The position numbers were made by a program, and so were the translations under genes. This document shows positions 1-12,068 of a DNA stretch of 64,000 nucleotides, piece after piece; the stretch's first letter is position 1; each line of letters begins with the position of its first letter. This DNA comes from Takakia lepidozioides (taxonomy: Eukaryota; Plantae; Bryophyta). The stretch lies in NCBI GenBank assembly GCA_030704615.1, contig CM060732.1, positions 79,174,001 through 79,238,000 on the forward strand, given 5' to 3'. The notes beneath the pieces are model-generated. The model saw only the letters and a list, made by a program, of their open reading frames with translations, searched no databases and had not been told where the DNA came from.

Positions 1-46
1 ACAGATTGCTCTTTGACGTCGTTTCGCACCTCATTCTAAGGATGAA

Positions 47-970
47 ATGCTGATTGTAAATGAAAGAGGATGCCGTAAAAGTAAACATGGCGAGAATTGG
101 TCGCGGAACACTCTTGACGTCGAATGGAGCGTGGAGCAGAAGATTGATACCTCATTGTCCATTGAGGAACTCTCCGAACAGGAGGACCTTAGATACATCG
201 TTGATCTTTTGGCTCGCTTTATACTTGATGCCAAGAAGCGTGATGGCTCACTATATCCTCTTGGGAGTATTAATTCATTCTTACGCGGTGTAGGCAGAAT
301 AATTTGTGCTCACTACAATAAGTGTGCCGTTGAATCCAGCAAACCTTGCGAAAAATTCTGTATAAGTCTTATGGATGACATGAGATATCAACGAATCAAG
401 TTGGCTGGTGACGAAGCTGTGGCAAGGTCTTTTAAAGCCGGCCTTGGAAAAAAAGTGCAGAAATTTGATTGTCTTACGCTTGACGAAGAAGCTCTTGTGT
501 TGGCTCAACTGAACTGAAGATTTTTCCATCGAGCACACTGTCATGGGAAAGGTTCTGAGATATATCCAGTCTTTCGAAGACTGTAAAGGCTGATGTTGCG
601 AGATGCGGCGTGAACAACATTCGAAAAGCTGTCGGTTGTCAAGTTGCAGCCATCATCGAGACGTATGAGAAAATGATTTCTCGTAGGCCTTCTTGGCCAC
701 CTGGAGAGTCCGGTCCTCATCCACTGTTTTTGACAGCGCTTTCAAAGTGAAAGGCTACAGATCCCGTTTGGTACTCCAAAGGTCCTATAGGCAAAAATAT
801 GCTTGCAACCGTTACAAAGAGAATGACTATCCGGCTTGTCTGAGAAGACTTTGACAAACAAGAGCGGCAGGACGACAGGAATTACTCGGATGTAGGAAGG
901 CTGTGTGCCTACCATATATGGAATGGACATAATCGGACATAGGGATGCCGAAAGTTACGAGAAATACAAT
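47..970 (+). pseudogene. Crypton/DUF3504-type tyrosine recombinase, degenerate
   Basis: N-terminal part FILDAKKRDGSLYPLGSINSFLRGVGR. Later frames give WYSKGPIGKNML (~768-803) and TNKSGRTTGITRM*EGCVPTIYGMDIIGHRDAESYEKY (~853-967), i.e. the (H/K)xxR...GH...Y catalytic tail. Stops and frameshifts are present, and ~101 bp carrying the first catalytic Arg region is missing at ~508. Confidence 0.7.
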
Positions 971-1846
971 CTGTGGATAAAATGCTCAGAGATCGTGCTA
1001 TTTCAACGGATTATTAGTGGCGTGAAATTTCTTGGTCAACATTCCAAGATGCTCACTGGCAGGAGGTCGGTGCCTATGCGAAATTGCAAGAACATCAGGT
1101 GGCCAATGTCGTTCCTACAGAGTGTCCGGTTTTTGGTGGATTAGTTCCACATTCAAATGTTGTGGCTACAGTACCTGCAACACTTCCACTCGTTGTTTTC
1201 GATGAGGTTCCTGGAGCGCTTCAAGTGGATAAGGGAAAATCTAAAGTGTCCTGATCTGATATGGAGAATTTTTTTCGATCTTCTGGATTCTATATTCCGG
1301 GAAGCAGAACAGATGATGCATAAGAATTGGCCAATCAACTACCAGGTTCGTGGTTCCACAAACAATGTGGGTGGCCATTCATTCAGCAATCTTCAGAATT
1401 GTGTCATTCTTCAAATTGGTCCCAATGTTGTTATGCTGCCGCATTGTTGAAGGTTGCTATGGCATCTAAGTATACATCTGAGTCCGGCAAGGTAAATAAC
1501 TGATGTTAGTTCAAATTCATGCATATTTCTAGCTTCAGTACTTGTGTACATATTCATCTTTGAACTCATCAACGCCCCACATCGGCAACCTACCACACAA
1601 AATCTGGGTTATGAAAGCGTCATATCCTTCTAGAAGCCAACCAGCAAACAAGGCTGCAACAAACTTTATAATGTGTCCGGAAGAAACAAACTGGGGCCTT
1701 CAACAACAGCCAACAAGGGATTGGGTGTCCTGGAATAGGCAGCTTTTATTTTGCACTACAAATCTTGTGTCATGCAATGTGCACTAATTAAAGTTCCCTT
1801 TTTGGAGTCTGGATGATTACCACTCACTTCAACCTGGTATTCTTCA

Positions 1847-2437
1847 CTACACTGATTGGTCCGCACCAGGTGGGTACGTGCAGTCACTAAGGCTCGGAGG
1901 CACTCCGTGCTCATCTGGAGTTTCCCAGATATCAAACATAAATACATTCAGAAGAGTGCCTCTCTTTATGATAAAATTGTTGAGTAGAACTGCCCTTCGA
2001 AAACCACATTTCTCCAGCACTCTTTGCGATGGAATGTTTGTATCAAATGCATAAGCTTGTATGCGTGCCAGCTTCAATTCCTCGAAACCCGCATACAAAG
2101 CCATCTTCGTCGCATGCGTTGTAATCCCTTGGCCCCAATACTTTTTAGCAATGAGGTAGCTCAAGTCCGCCCGGAGAGAATGAACTCCTTCACCAATGCT
2201 AAGGAAAATGGACCCTGCTGGAATGCCATCAACACAAATTGCTCTGAACCAAGGATGGGGATCAATTACAGAACTGAAATACTCACGGATTTCTTCCTCA
2301 GACTGAAGAGTTTCACGCGGGGTTGTTGCTGTAACCTCATCGTCTCCAGCCCATGTCATCATGTACTTCACATCCTCAATGCTGAATTTCCGAAGTGTCA
2401 CCCGATCAGACGTGATGGCGCCGGCAGGTGATGCCAT
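1847..2437 (-). CDS. GNAT family N-acetyltransferase (RimJ/RimL, Acetyltransf_3-like), intronless, ~196 aa
   Basis: VTLRKFSIEDV...WAGDDEV...HPWFRAICVDG...YLIAKKYWGQGITT...LARIQA...NIPSQRVLEKCGF. The first ATG is at 2437 (MASPAG); the listed ORF extends upstream from a non-ATG codon. Confidence 0.88.
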   Translation of the reverse strand: MASPAGAITSDRVTLRKFSIEDVKYMMTWAGDDEVTATTPRETLQSEEEIREYFSSVIDPHPWFRAICVDGIPAGSIFLSIGEGVHSLRADLSYLIAKKYWGQGITTHATKMALYAGFEELKLARIQAYAFDTNIPSQRVLEKCGFRRAVLLNNFIIKRGTLLNVFMFDIWETPDEHGVPPSLSDCTYPPGADQSV

Positions 2438-2994
2438 CCAAACCGAAAGCGGGATACCAACTGAAATTTGCTTACTTGGAGCACCCCTTTCAAACACTCC
2501 ACCACTATGATTTGCCCTGTGATCAACCCCTAACTTATAGATCCTTGCCAGCTGCAAACAAGGCCAAGATTGGGTGATGAATAAACGACCAAACACTAAG
2601 TCTTAGTGCTTCGACTGGTCAACAAAGGCGATCGTTGAGAAGACTTGGGTAGCAGAAGCAGTGAGATCTCCTTCCCACGAGCCTTCCTTGGATTGAGGGC
2701 ACTTCCCTCCCGAGTTAAGGAAGGCCGGTAGGAAGGAGCCTTCCCTTTGGTGACTCAGCACTGCTCTGTTTTTTCTTTCCAAATTTTTGCTTTGTATTTT
2801 CTTTCCAATTTCTTCGCTTTTTATTGCATAGTAAGCAATTGTGCCTGCTCAATTGTGTAACTGGAAGAATGCTTTGGAGAGCTTTATTAAATCAAAACTG
2901 CACAGGACACGGATGGTAGAGACAAGGAAACCAAAAGGTTAGTTAAATTCCACCCGCAACACATAATCCGAGTTGGGTAGAGAAATGGACATAC

Positions 2995-3140
2995 AAACAG
3001 ATTCCAATTAAGACTAAATTTGGTGTCGGCAAAGCCCGACGCATGGTATAAAAGCAGGCCTCTACCAGTCCAACAGTACTAAACAGATTCCAATTAAGAT
3101 TCCAATTAAGATTCATACAAACAGATTCCAATTAAGACTT
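2995..3140. repeat. Short degenerate repeats (AAACAGATTCCAATTAAGA unit, ~4 copies)
   Basis: The unit is visible at 2995, at 3081-3110 (tandem) and at 3119-3140, directly abutting the Copia 5' LTR. Confidence 0.7.
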
Positions 3141-3349
3141 TGTTGGATGTAATTCAACATTTAGATTATATAAGTTAACATCCATATAGAATGGACACAT
3201 CTATATCAAGAGTCACAACCCTTTAGGGTATGACTGTTGAGTTGTTGAAGAGACATTGTCCTGTCTTCTTCTCTCTCATTCTTACATACATAAAATTGAG
3301 TAATCATACTCACTCTACACTAATGTTTGAGTGCTAGTATTTTAAAACA
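3141..3349 (+). repeat. Copia 5' LTR (209 bp)
   Basis: TG...CA ends; its first 26 nt recur at 7416 after the PPT. Confidence 0.88.
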
Positions 3350-3361
3350 TGGTATCAGAGC
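3350..3361 (+). other. Primer binding site (tRNA-iMet)
   Basis: TGGTATCAGAGC immediately after the LTR CA. Confidence 0.92.
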
Positions 3362-3519
3362 CTGATACTAGATTGCTTATCTTAAATGGTCACTGTAAGT
3401 CGCATCTTGCGACCTCGGACCATGTGCTTATTCAATTTTTATGAAATTTGTTGTTAAGGATTAGAAGGGCAAGAGCAAATGCTCTGCCATTGGCTAGGTC
3501 TTAATGACATAGATTCCCC

Positions 3520-6500
3520 ATGGCTGCTCCCTCTTTTCCTGCAGCAAGGGCGTATCAAATTGATTGCCTTAGTAGTACCAATTATTCCATTTGGTCTATC
3601 AAAATGGAAATGCTTTTAATGAGGTCTGAATTCTGGGGAGTGGTCGACGGTACTGACCCTGACCCCGGTGCGGCTGATGCCGCACTTCAAGCTGCTTGGA
3701 AAATAAAAGATTCCAAAGCACGCTCTGAATTGATTCTCCATTGTGGAGATCGTCAGATTCAATTAGTCATATCTCTTAAAACTTCTACAACAGTTTGGGC
3801 TAAACTAAAATCTATCTATGAACACACGGATAGTGCATCCCAAGTTGGCATGCATAAACGTATTATGATGCTTACTCTTTCAGAGTCCCAATCTGTAACA
3901 GAGTTCTTGGAAAATTGGCAAGGAGCGTTAGATGATGCTTCAGGGCTAGTAATCCCTGAAGAGCTGCAGGTCACCATGCTTCTTGGAGCGTTGCCTCCTT
4001 CATGGCGGCTGTTTATTACCACTCAAGGAAGTGTTGCAAACCAAACCCTTGCTGATTTGATTGGTAAGGTTTTGCAAGAGGCCATTATGAGACACACGGA
4101 TAGTTCTAATGGTAAACCTTCAGTTTTATTTGTTGGACAACGAGGCAAGTTCAAGGGAACTAGAAAACCATTTGGGCCTCCCAATGGAGTTATAATAATA
4201 ATTTTCAGATGGCAACCTCTTCTAGTAATCCTAGTGGTCAACTATCACATAGAGACAAAATTTGTCATTATTGTGGGCGGAGGGGGCATATATCCCCTAA
4301 TTGCAAAAAGCGCAAACGAGATAGAGAAAACGGCATTTATAAGGCTCAAGCCAATACTGCCACTACTCAAGATCGGCTCCATTTCAACTCTTTGCTGTTA
4401 TGGAAATACCCAACCAAAATTTTCAAGATACTTGGTATCTTGATACATGAGCAACCCAACACATGACCTATAGGAGAGACTGGTTTCAGTCATACAAGCC
4501 TATGTCCTCTCCCATTACAGTTTTATACGGGAGATGATACGCAACACAATGTTATGGGTGCAGCTCTGTTTCAATACAATTACCTACAGGCCAAGTTGCT
4601 TTTGTCAATAATGTCATGCACGTGCCTGGATTGACCAAAAATCTCATCTCCGTAAGCAAAGCTACTAGTCATGGACTCGGTAGTATCGAATTCGTCGGTG
4701 ATCACTGTTTAATGAAGTCACTTGATGAGAGTGGTCAATCTTTGAACACACTGCGGTGTAAGCAAGAGGGCAATCTATATCCTGTTGGAGTAGGCCTTGT
4801 ACATTGTGTTTCTAAACACAAAATGCAGTCTTCTGATATGAACCTTTCTGTGACGACCCAGCCCCCTAATTTGCAGACTGTCTTATGGCATCATAGGTTA
4901 GGGCATTTGCATCTGAATGCAATAAAACAAATGCAGCGTTCAGAGATGGTTGTGGGTCTAGATGGAAAACTTACCACTATATCCCTCTATGAAGGGTGTA
5001 TAATTGGTAAACATCATTTGACCAGTTTTCCTATTGAGTCAAGTTCCAAAACCACAATTTTATTGGAACTAGTTCATACATATATATGTGGCCCAATGCA
5101 AACACAATCCCTTGGAGGTGCACGATACTTTGCACTCTTCATCGATGACTATTCTCGATATGCGATTGTTTATTTCCTTCGAAATAAATCAGATGTGTTT
5201 GACAAATTTAAAGCCTACAAAGCGTTAGTTGAAAATCAGACTAGACGGACAATAAAAACCCTTAGGTCTGATAATGGTGGGGATTTATTTCTAGCGAGTT
5301 CAATACCTTTTGTGAGGTGCATGGCATTGCCAGACAGTTTACCAACTCTTACACACCCCCGCAAAATGGAGTCTCTGAACGAAAGAATAGAACCTTGGTG
5401 GAATCTGCCCGAAGCATGCTCGAGTCAGCAAAATTGCCCAAAACTTTTTGGGTGAGGCAATTGCTACGGCATGTTATCTGCAAAACAGATCCCATACTTC
5501 TACACTTCGGGGGAACTCCATACGAATGTTGGAGGGGTAAGAAGCCCAACCTAAGTCATCTCAAAGTTTTTGGCTGTAAAGCTTATGAACATGTGCCTGA
5601 TGACACTAGGAAGAAACTTGAGCCCAAGTCCCTCCAAACCCAATTTATTGGTTATGGAGAACTTGATGGCGTCAAAGTTATAAACTGTATAACTAGGCTA
5701 CGAAGAAAGCCTCATTCAGCAGAGATGTGATTTTTGATGAATGTTCAGTGCTTATGTCTACACGTACAAATGTTACTAACTCTGAACCCAATCATATACA
5801 TGCGTCAAATCAGTTCCAGCTTGATCAGCTTGCTGACTTGACCTACTTCTATGATGACGATCCAACTTTAATTCATAATGTGGGTGGTGGTCAACATGTT
5901 CCACCTCCTCAACCTGTTCAACAGACATTATCACATCCTGCATGGTTAGTTGTAAGTGGCTTTTCAAGCGTAAATTTAATGCTAACTGCACACTTGCCAA
6001 ATACAAGGCACGCGTGGCAAGAGGGTTTACTCAAGTAGAAGGATTAGATTATGGCAAGACTTTCTCTCCCGTGGTAAAAATCACTTCACTACGAGTTCTT
6101 ATTGCCTTAGCTGCCATATATAACTATCATCTACATCAGCTAATGTCCAGACCGCTTTCCACCTCTCCAGGAGGAGATCTATATGCAACAGCCCCCGGGT
6201 TATGTTCAACCAGGATGCAAGGCAAAAGTATGTAGATTGTTGAAAACCCTTTACGGGTTGAAGCAAAGTCCAAGGATGTGGTACGAGAGGTTTAATAACC
6301 ATCTTTTGCAAATAGGTTACACAAAGTGCCCTGGAGATCCCAATGTATATGTTAGGAGAACGAAGCATGGAACATTTGTTCTCCTCGGACTCTATGTCGA
6401 TGACTCATTGGTGGTATCACCTAATTTGCAATATCGGAATTGGCAAATGAGTTTGCCATGACCGACGGTGGAGATGTTGAGTACTGTCTCGGCATTCAGG

Positions 6501-7371
6501 TGATAAGGAACAAGACTACGAAGTCCATCCTACTCAGCCAAGCCACATACATCTCCGACATCCTTGTGAAATACAATATGGTTGATTGTAACCCTAGCTC
6601 TACCCCGATGCCACATGGATTTAAATTATCCACAACAATGTCCCCTGTGACACCTGCCGAGAAGCTTGCAATGGAAGCTGTTCCCTATGCTAATGCAATT
6701 GGTAGCCTCATCTACTTGGTCACCAATACCCAACCTAACCTTGCATATTGTGTGGGTCAGTGTGCCCAATTTATGGCCAATCCTGGCCCACTGCACTGGA
6801 ATGTTGTTAAACGCATTTTCCGTTATTTGCAACATACTCGTGACTGGGGCATCCAATACATTGCAGGGGCCAAGCAAGAATCCATTCAAGGTTGGACCGA
6901 CGCTGAATGGGCTGCAGACCCCGAGTCTCGTAGATCCACTTCAGGTTATGTATTCATGCTTGGAGGGGGAGCCATATCCTGGCAATGTAGGAAACAGCCG
7001 ACAGTAGCCCTTTCCTCTACCGAATCGGAGTATATAGCTGCTGCCACACTGCTGTGAAAGAGGCAATCTGGCTGCGGAAACTATTCAAAGACTTGGGATT
7101 TCCGCAAGCTGGAGCACTGCCACTCCATTGCGACAATCAGTCGTGCATTGCATTGACTTTAAACCCTCGGTTTCACGTTCGCACCAAGCACATCGAGTTG
7201 CGACATCATTTTCTACAAGAAAAGGTCGAAAGCAAAGATATCGAATTACACTACTGTGCGACAGAAGACATGTGGGCTGATTTGCTCACAAAGGCACTTC
7301 CAAAGCCAAAGTTTATTACTTGTTGTCGAGCCATTGGGCTTATAGACTCTTTTGATGAGATGTCCCCATAG
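3520..7371 (+). pseudogene. Copia gag-pol, frameshifted
   Basis: Gag NYSIWSIKM; CCHC CHYCGRRGHISPNC; PR WYLDT*AT (stop); LWHHRLGHL; IN RSDNGG/ERKNR; RT YKARVARGFTQ...LYVDD; RH RRSTSGY...ALSSTESEY...WADLLTKAL. Confidence 0.92.
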
Positions 7372-7441
7372 ATTCATAGATTCATGTTTCTTTGAATGTT
7401 TTCATTAAGGGGGAGTGTTGGATGTAATTCAACATTTAGAT

Positions 7442-7760
7442 TGTCAAGTTATTTTACCACTAGTGTGAAACTAGCTAGAAAATAGCTAGCTTTTACATAT
7501 TGACATTTGGGATTGGCCCAAGTGTCAATCCAGGGGTCAAGGCAGATTTAGGCCCTGGAGTGGTTATCTTCACGGCAAGCGCGGGAGGCTCATCTTTCTC
7601 GAATTGAGCCTCACCGCGCCTAGCTATGGCGCCGTAGCGTGGATTCCCCATGGTGTGGGGTGCACTTGGCTTGACTTGTATTTGAGTGATGAGGTTATAT
7701 ATGCATGAGTTTATGCTTCAGCTTTGTGAGCTCGCATGAGCTTGTGCTTGTATTATTCTT
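7442..7760 (+). repeat. Diverged relative of the Gypsy 'A' repeat (LTR fragment) inserted into the Copia 3' LTR
   Basis: Begins TGTCAAGTTA, like the reverse complement of A. It shares TTATCTTCACG, GCTCATCT(T/C)TCTCGA, CCCCAT and TGGCT(T/C)GACT and the three-hairpin layout. The right end is approximate. Confidence 0.7.
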
Positions 7761-8149
7761 CTTTAAACACTATTTTAATTAATTATGGACTTTTGTTTGG
7801 TCCAGAAATAATATGAGAAATATGAATAAACAAAATTTATTATTGAAATAAAGCGATATATATGATTATTTGGCTAATTTATGCACAATATAACCATGAA
7901 CAATAATCCTCCAAACATTTTTTGGAGACAATATAAGTATGTATTGTGGTTTTAGAAGAACATCCACTGCCAAGTTGACGTTCATGAAAAACATCATGGG
8001 AGGATGCAATAAATTACACCATGATGTGAGGTCAGATATGTAAAAAAAATTTGCACAAAATGGTTGCCATATCAGATGACATACAAAACCAAACATAGAA
8101 CAATCATGGCATGTGATGAAGAAGATGACATGAAAGAATGAGTCCGCAT

Positions 8150-8675
8150 TGTTGTGCGCATACGTATCGCTACATAACTACATCGCTGTCCAAACCACAC
8201 CACACATATATGCACAATAAAGTAGTCTGCCACAATGATAGAAAACTAAAAGACACACTGTTCACACAAGAAACATGAAAACCAACACCATCACTCTTTA
8301 AAATAGTAGTCGAGCCAGGGGCACCCCAAGCTATGGGGACTCCACCCCACAACAACCTATCATCCCTTCATAAGCATACTCAGCTTCTAAAGCGTGAAGG
8401 AGCTCGGTCGCGCAGGCTCAACTCGAGAGAGATGAGCTGCGCGACTGCCGCTCTCGTGAAGATAAGGCGGTTCAGGTGTCAAACTAAACTTGACACCTGA
8501 TTTAACACTTGACCTAAATCCAAGTGTTAAATATAAATAACTAGCTTTATTCTAGTTGTTTTCACACTGTGCTTATTTAACTTGACAGCTGTCGTGCGCA
8601 TACGTATCGCTACATAACTACATCGCTGTCCAAACCACACCACACATATATGCACAATAAAGTAGTTTGCCACAA
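8150..8675 (-). repeat. Split terminal repeat block B-A-gc-B (copy 1)
   Basis: 86-bp B at 8150-8235 and 8590-8675 flanks a 352-bp A. A PPT-like AGGGGGGCGA lies on the minus strand at 8676-8685. Confidence 0.92.
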
Positions 8676-8934
8676 TCGCCCCCCTAGCTGGTGGGTAGGT
8701 CCCTCTACCTCCAGATAGCTACAAGATGTAATAGCCACAACCGTACTAAGTCCTCTATCACTGTCCCTATTGCACTCAAACCCTATAGACCAAGAGGCCG
8801 GGTACAAGAGTAGCCCCATCGTTAGTCGCCGTCTTGCAATCTGTGAACTTGAGCCAGGACCTCGTGTGTTCAAGGTCTCCTAGTAGCTGGGCCTTGCGTT
8901 TCTTGTTAGCCTTCCATGGTTGTATCCATTCCCA

Positions 8935-10782
8935 CTATCCAATGCAATGCAGACATAACCAATCCCCATCAGGAACCATCTCAAGAGGTGGAGTCAAGCA
9001 TCCCATATGCCAACCTCTAGAGCATTGATCACACACTAGCATGATGGCTGCCCCTCTAGCAGACCCACACAACATGCACCTCAAACTTGCAGGTACCACT
9101 GTCAGGTTTGGGTCAACCCTTCCATCAACATTTGGAATATGACATGGCGCGCAATTACGCACATGGTCCTTCCAAATCATGCCATCCCGACCCTCCAAGA
9201 TCAGGACTCTTGAGGGCAATTCCTCTCGAACCCTCAAAATAGTACGTCCTGCAGTCACATCCAAGGTCGTAGGAGCAGTCTGCTGCAGATAAACATAGTC
9301 ACCAGGGTTGAATCTCCGAACCCCAGGACGATAGCCCCCACCACGTATGCTAGCATACCTCAACGTATCACGATGTTGTGCAATGGCAAGGTTCTCGAAA
9401 GCCATGGGCATGACTTTCTTGAACAACTCTGCACGCTGCTCACACGCACGTGCCCACACGTCCGGATCGTCAAGATTAAGAATTGTAGCAGCTTCTCTGC
9501 GAATGGATGTCGGCAAATCCGGCTCTCGGCCAAAGAGAAGAAAGTATGGTGAGAAGGAGGCAAGTGATGCTTGTTTGCTGAACCTATAGCCCATGGCTAA
9601 CCAGGGTAACTGAAGGTCCCAATCTCCTAGGTGTCCCTTCTGCAAGCCATACTTGCGCAAACCCCTCTTTACTGTCTGAACAACTCTCTCTGCCAAGCCA
9701 TCGGCCTCAGGATGATCCCGAGAAGTGGTGCGGTGGTCTATCAAGGCCTTGTCACACAAAGCCTGAAACTCCCCCAAGAACTCTCTCCCTTGGTCCGTGA
9801 GTACCTCAGCTGGAGCACCGAATCGGCTAAGCACACAATCCAAGAATGCATACGCAGCTCCCTCACTAGCTTTATCAGGCAATGGAACCAATTCAATCCA
9901 CTTGGAGAAGTGCTCCACCATCACCAACACGTACTTGTTGTGGCGCATGGTTAGTGGCAACGGCCCTGCGAAGTCAAGACTCCACCTGTAGCCCAATCCC
10001 ATGATCGGAAGAGGGTGCAATTGTGGAGTAGGGGCGTTGAATGAAGCACGCACCCTGTCACACACCATGCACCTAGCCACAAATTGTTGCACCTCTGTGT
10101 GCATACCACGCCACCAATACTGCCCTTGCAGTAGACTATGAGTGCGTCGCACCCCAAAATGCCCCAACTCCTCATGGGCATGCCGCACTAACCGTGCCCG
10201 CTGTGTTGGGTGAGGCACAATCCTCACTCGACCATCCTCCCACACTCGGAGCAGGTGTGTCCCCTCCCACTTGAACCTCTTAGCTCGTTGTAGGATCCGA
10301 TCCCTCTCCTTGGCAGTCACAGTGGCTGCAGTGTCTCCAGTGCGGAGGTAGTCTAACACAACTGAATCCTCATGTATATCTTTGGCACCACCTTGCTCAT
10401 TGCTGGCCTCAGGGTCCTCAGACACTTGATCTACAGTCATCCCTGTTGCAGGTCCAACCTGGCCTTCCGCTGCCAAGATACACAGAAATGCAGATGCATG
10501 CCATCCGGGCACCATCTCCTCGTCCGTCTCACCATGCCACCGAGCTCCAGTGTCATCCTGCTGGCTCGTGCATGGATTGCGACTCAACCCATCTGCATTG
10601 CGATTGACCAAACCCGGTCGATGCACCACCTGAAAGTCATACTCTTGAAGGATGAGTGCCCACCATGCAAGCTTCGCCGTAAGCTTGTCTGACTCCATCA
10701 ACCACTTGAGTGGTTGGTGATCCGTGACAAGGGTGAAGAGATTGCCGTATAGATAGCACCTGAAGTGTGCCACGGCCCACAC
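8935..10782 (-). pseudogene. Gypsy pol C-terminal part: RNase H end, integrase (HHCC + DDE) and PHD finger
   Basis: TDHQPL...NADGLSR; HEELGH...CMVC; SLDFAGP...TDQGREF...GLAER; C4HC3 PHD CMLC...CDQCSRGWHMGC...WLCLHC. Separated from the RT by a stop at 10795. Confidence 0.92.
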
Positions 10783-10794
10783 TACAGCTAAGCA

Positions 10795-12014
10795 TTATCC
10801 CTCATATGAGCTATACTTAGACTCAGCAGCATTGTTCGAGCGGCTAGTGTAAGCCACTACGAACTCTCTTCCCTCATCATCCACCTGTGTGAGCACCGCT
10901 CCAAGCCCCAGCATGCTCCAATCTGTATACAGCTGAAAAGGACGCCCCCTAATAGGTCGTCTCAAGATGGGCGCCGAGGTCAACCTCGCCTTGAGCTCTT
11001 GAAAAGCTTGTTCTTGCTCATCTTCCCACTGCCACTCCTGGTCCACCTTGGTCAGCTTGGTTAGAGCCTTTGCAATGGCACTAAATCCCTTAACAAACCG
11101 TCTATAATAGTTTGCTAACCCCATGAAAGCTCGAACTCGGCTCACATCCGTGGGGCGTGGAACCTGTGCAATGGATTCTACCTTAGTCTGCTATACCCCC
11201 ATCCTCCAGGATATATCATGTGACCCAGATACTCAATCTGGTTGTGGAAAAACTTGCACTTTCCCGGATGTAACTTCAATCCGTGCGTCCTCAAGCGCTC
11301 AAATACCCCCTGAAGGTGTCTCTCATGCTCCTCCACCGTAGCACTAAAGATGATGATGTCATCTATGTAGCACTGAGCAAACTCCACCCCTGCTAGAATC
11401 CTGTCCATGACCCTTTGAAACTCAGCAGGAACGTTTTTAAGCCCAAATGGTAAGAACCGCCACTGGTATAGGCAATCCTTCCCGTGCTCATTGATCCCCC
11501 AGAATGCCGTCTTTTGCTTATCCGCCTCCTTGATCGGCAACTGGTGATATCCGGATCGTAAATCCAACGTGCTAAAGACCTTGGAATGCCCAATGGCATC
11601 AAAGATCTCCTCTGGTGTCGGCATGGCATACCTATCGGACTTGGTCTGACGATTTACAGGCCGGTAATCACCGCACATACGTCTCTCCGTCCAATTGCCA
11701 TAGACATCCTTCTTGGCTGGCATCACTGTGGCTGAAGCATACTCTCCACCAGAGAGCTCCACCAAACCTGCCTCCCAAAGATCCTGAGTTCTCATCTGAA
11801 TCAAGGACCTCTCCATGTCACTGTATCTATAGGGTCTCCGAAAGATTGGCGTGTCAGTAGCCAATTCAATGCAAATCTCTTGACCCTTCAGTGCTCCCAA
11901 GTCCTTCAAACTGAAGGCAAAGCAATTCTTGTAAGCCCTCAGGAACCGCCGCATACGTCGTCTCTCTCCTCCGGTGACAATGGGTCCAATGTTAGGCTCC
12001 CAATTGTCCTCCAT
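10795..12014 (-). pseudogene. Gypsy reverse transcriptase / RNase H, frameshifted
   Basis: RMCGDYRPVN, STLDLRSGYHQ, LPFGLKN, YIDDIII, YTDWS. Confidence 0.93.
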
Positions 12015-12068
12015 AACTGCAACCTTAAGTCCAGTGGGCTTAGAGGTAGAGGACGCGTCCCGTGGTTG

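Larger units (their letters stand above)
3141..7441 (+). mobile_element. Ty1/Copia LTR retrotransposon, decayed, 3' LTR truncated
   Basis: 5' LTR TGTTGG...AAACA (3141-3349), tRNA-iMet PBS, gag-PR-IN-RT-RH domain order, PPT at 7407-7415, and the first 26 bp of the 3' LTR at 7416-7441. Confidence 0.93.

Noticed and set aside
2438-2596. N-terminal 53-aa extension of the GNAT ORF
   Set aside because: It starts at a non-ATG codon and precedes the first Met and the conserved domain.
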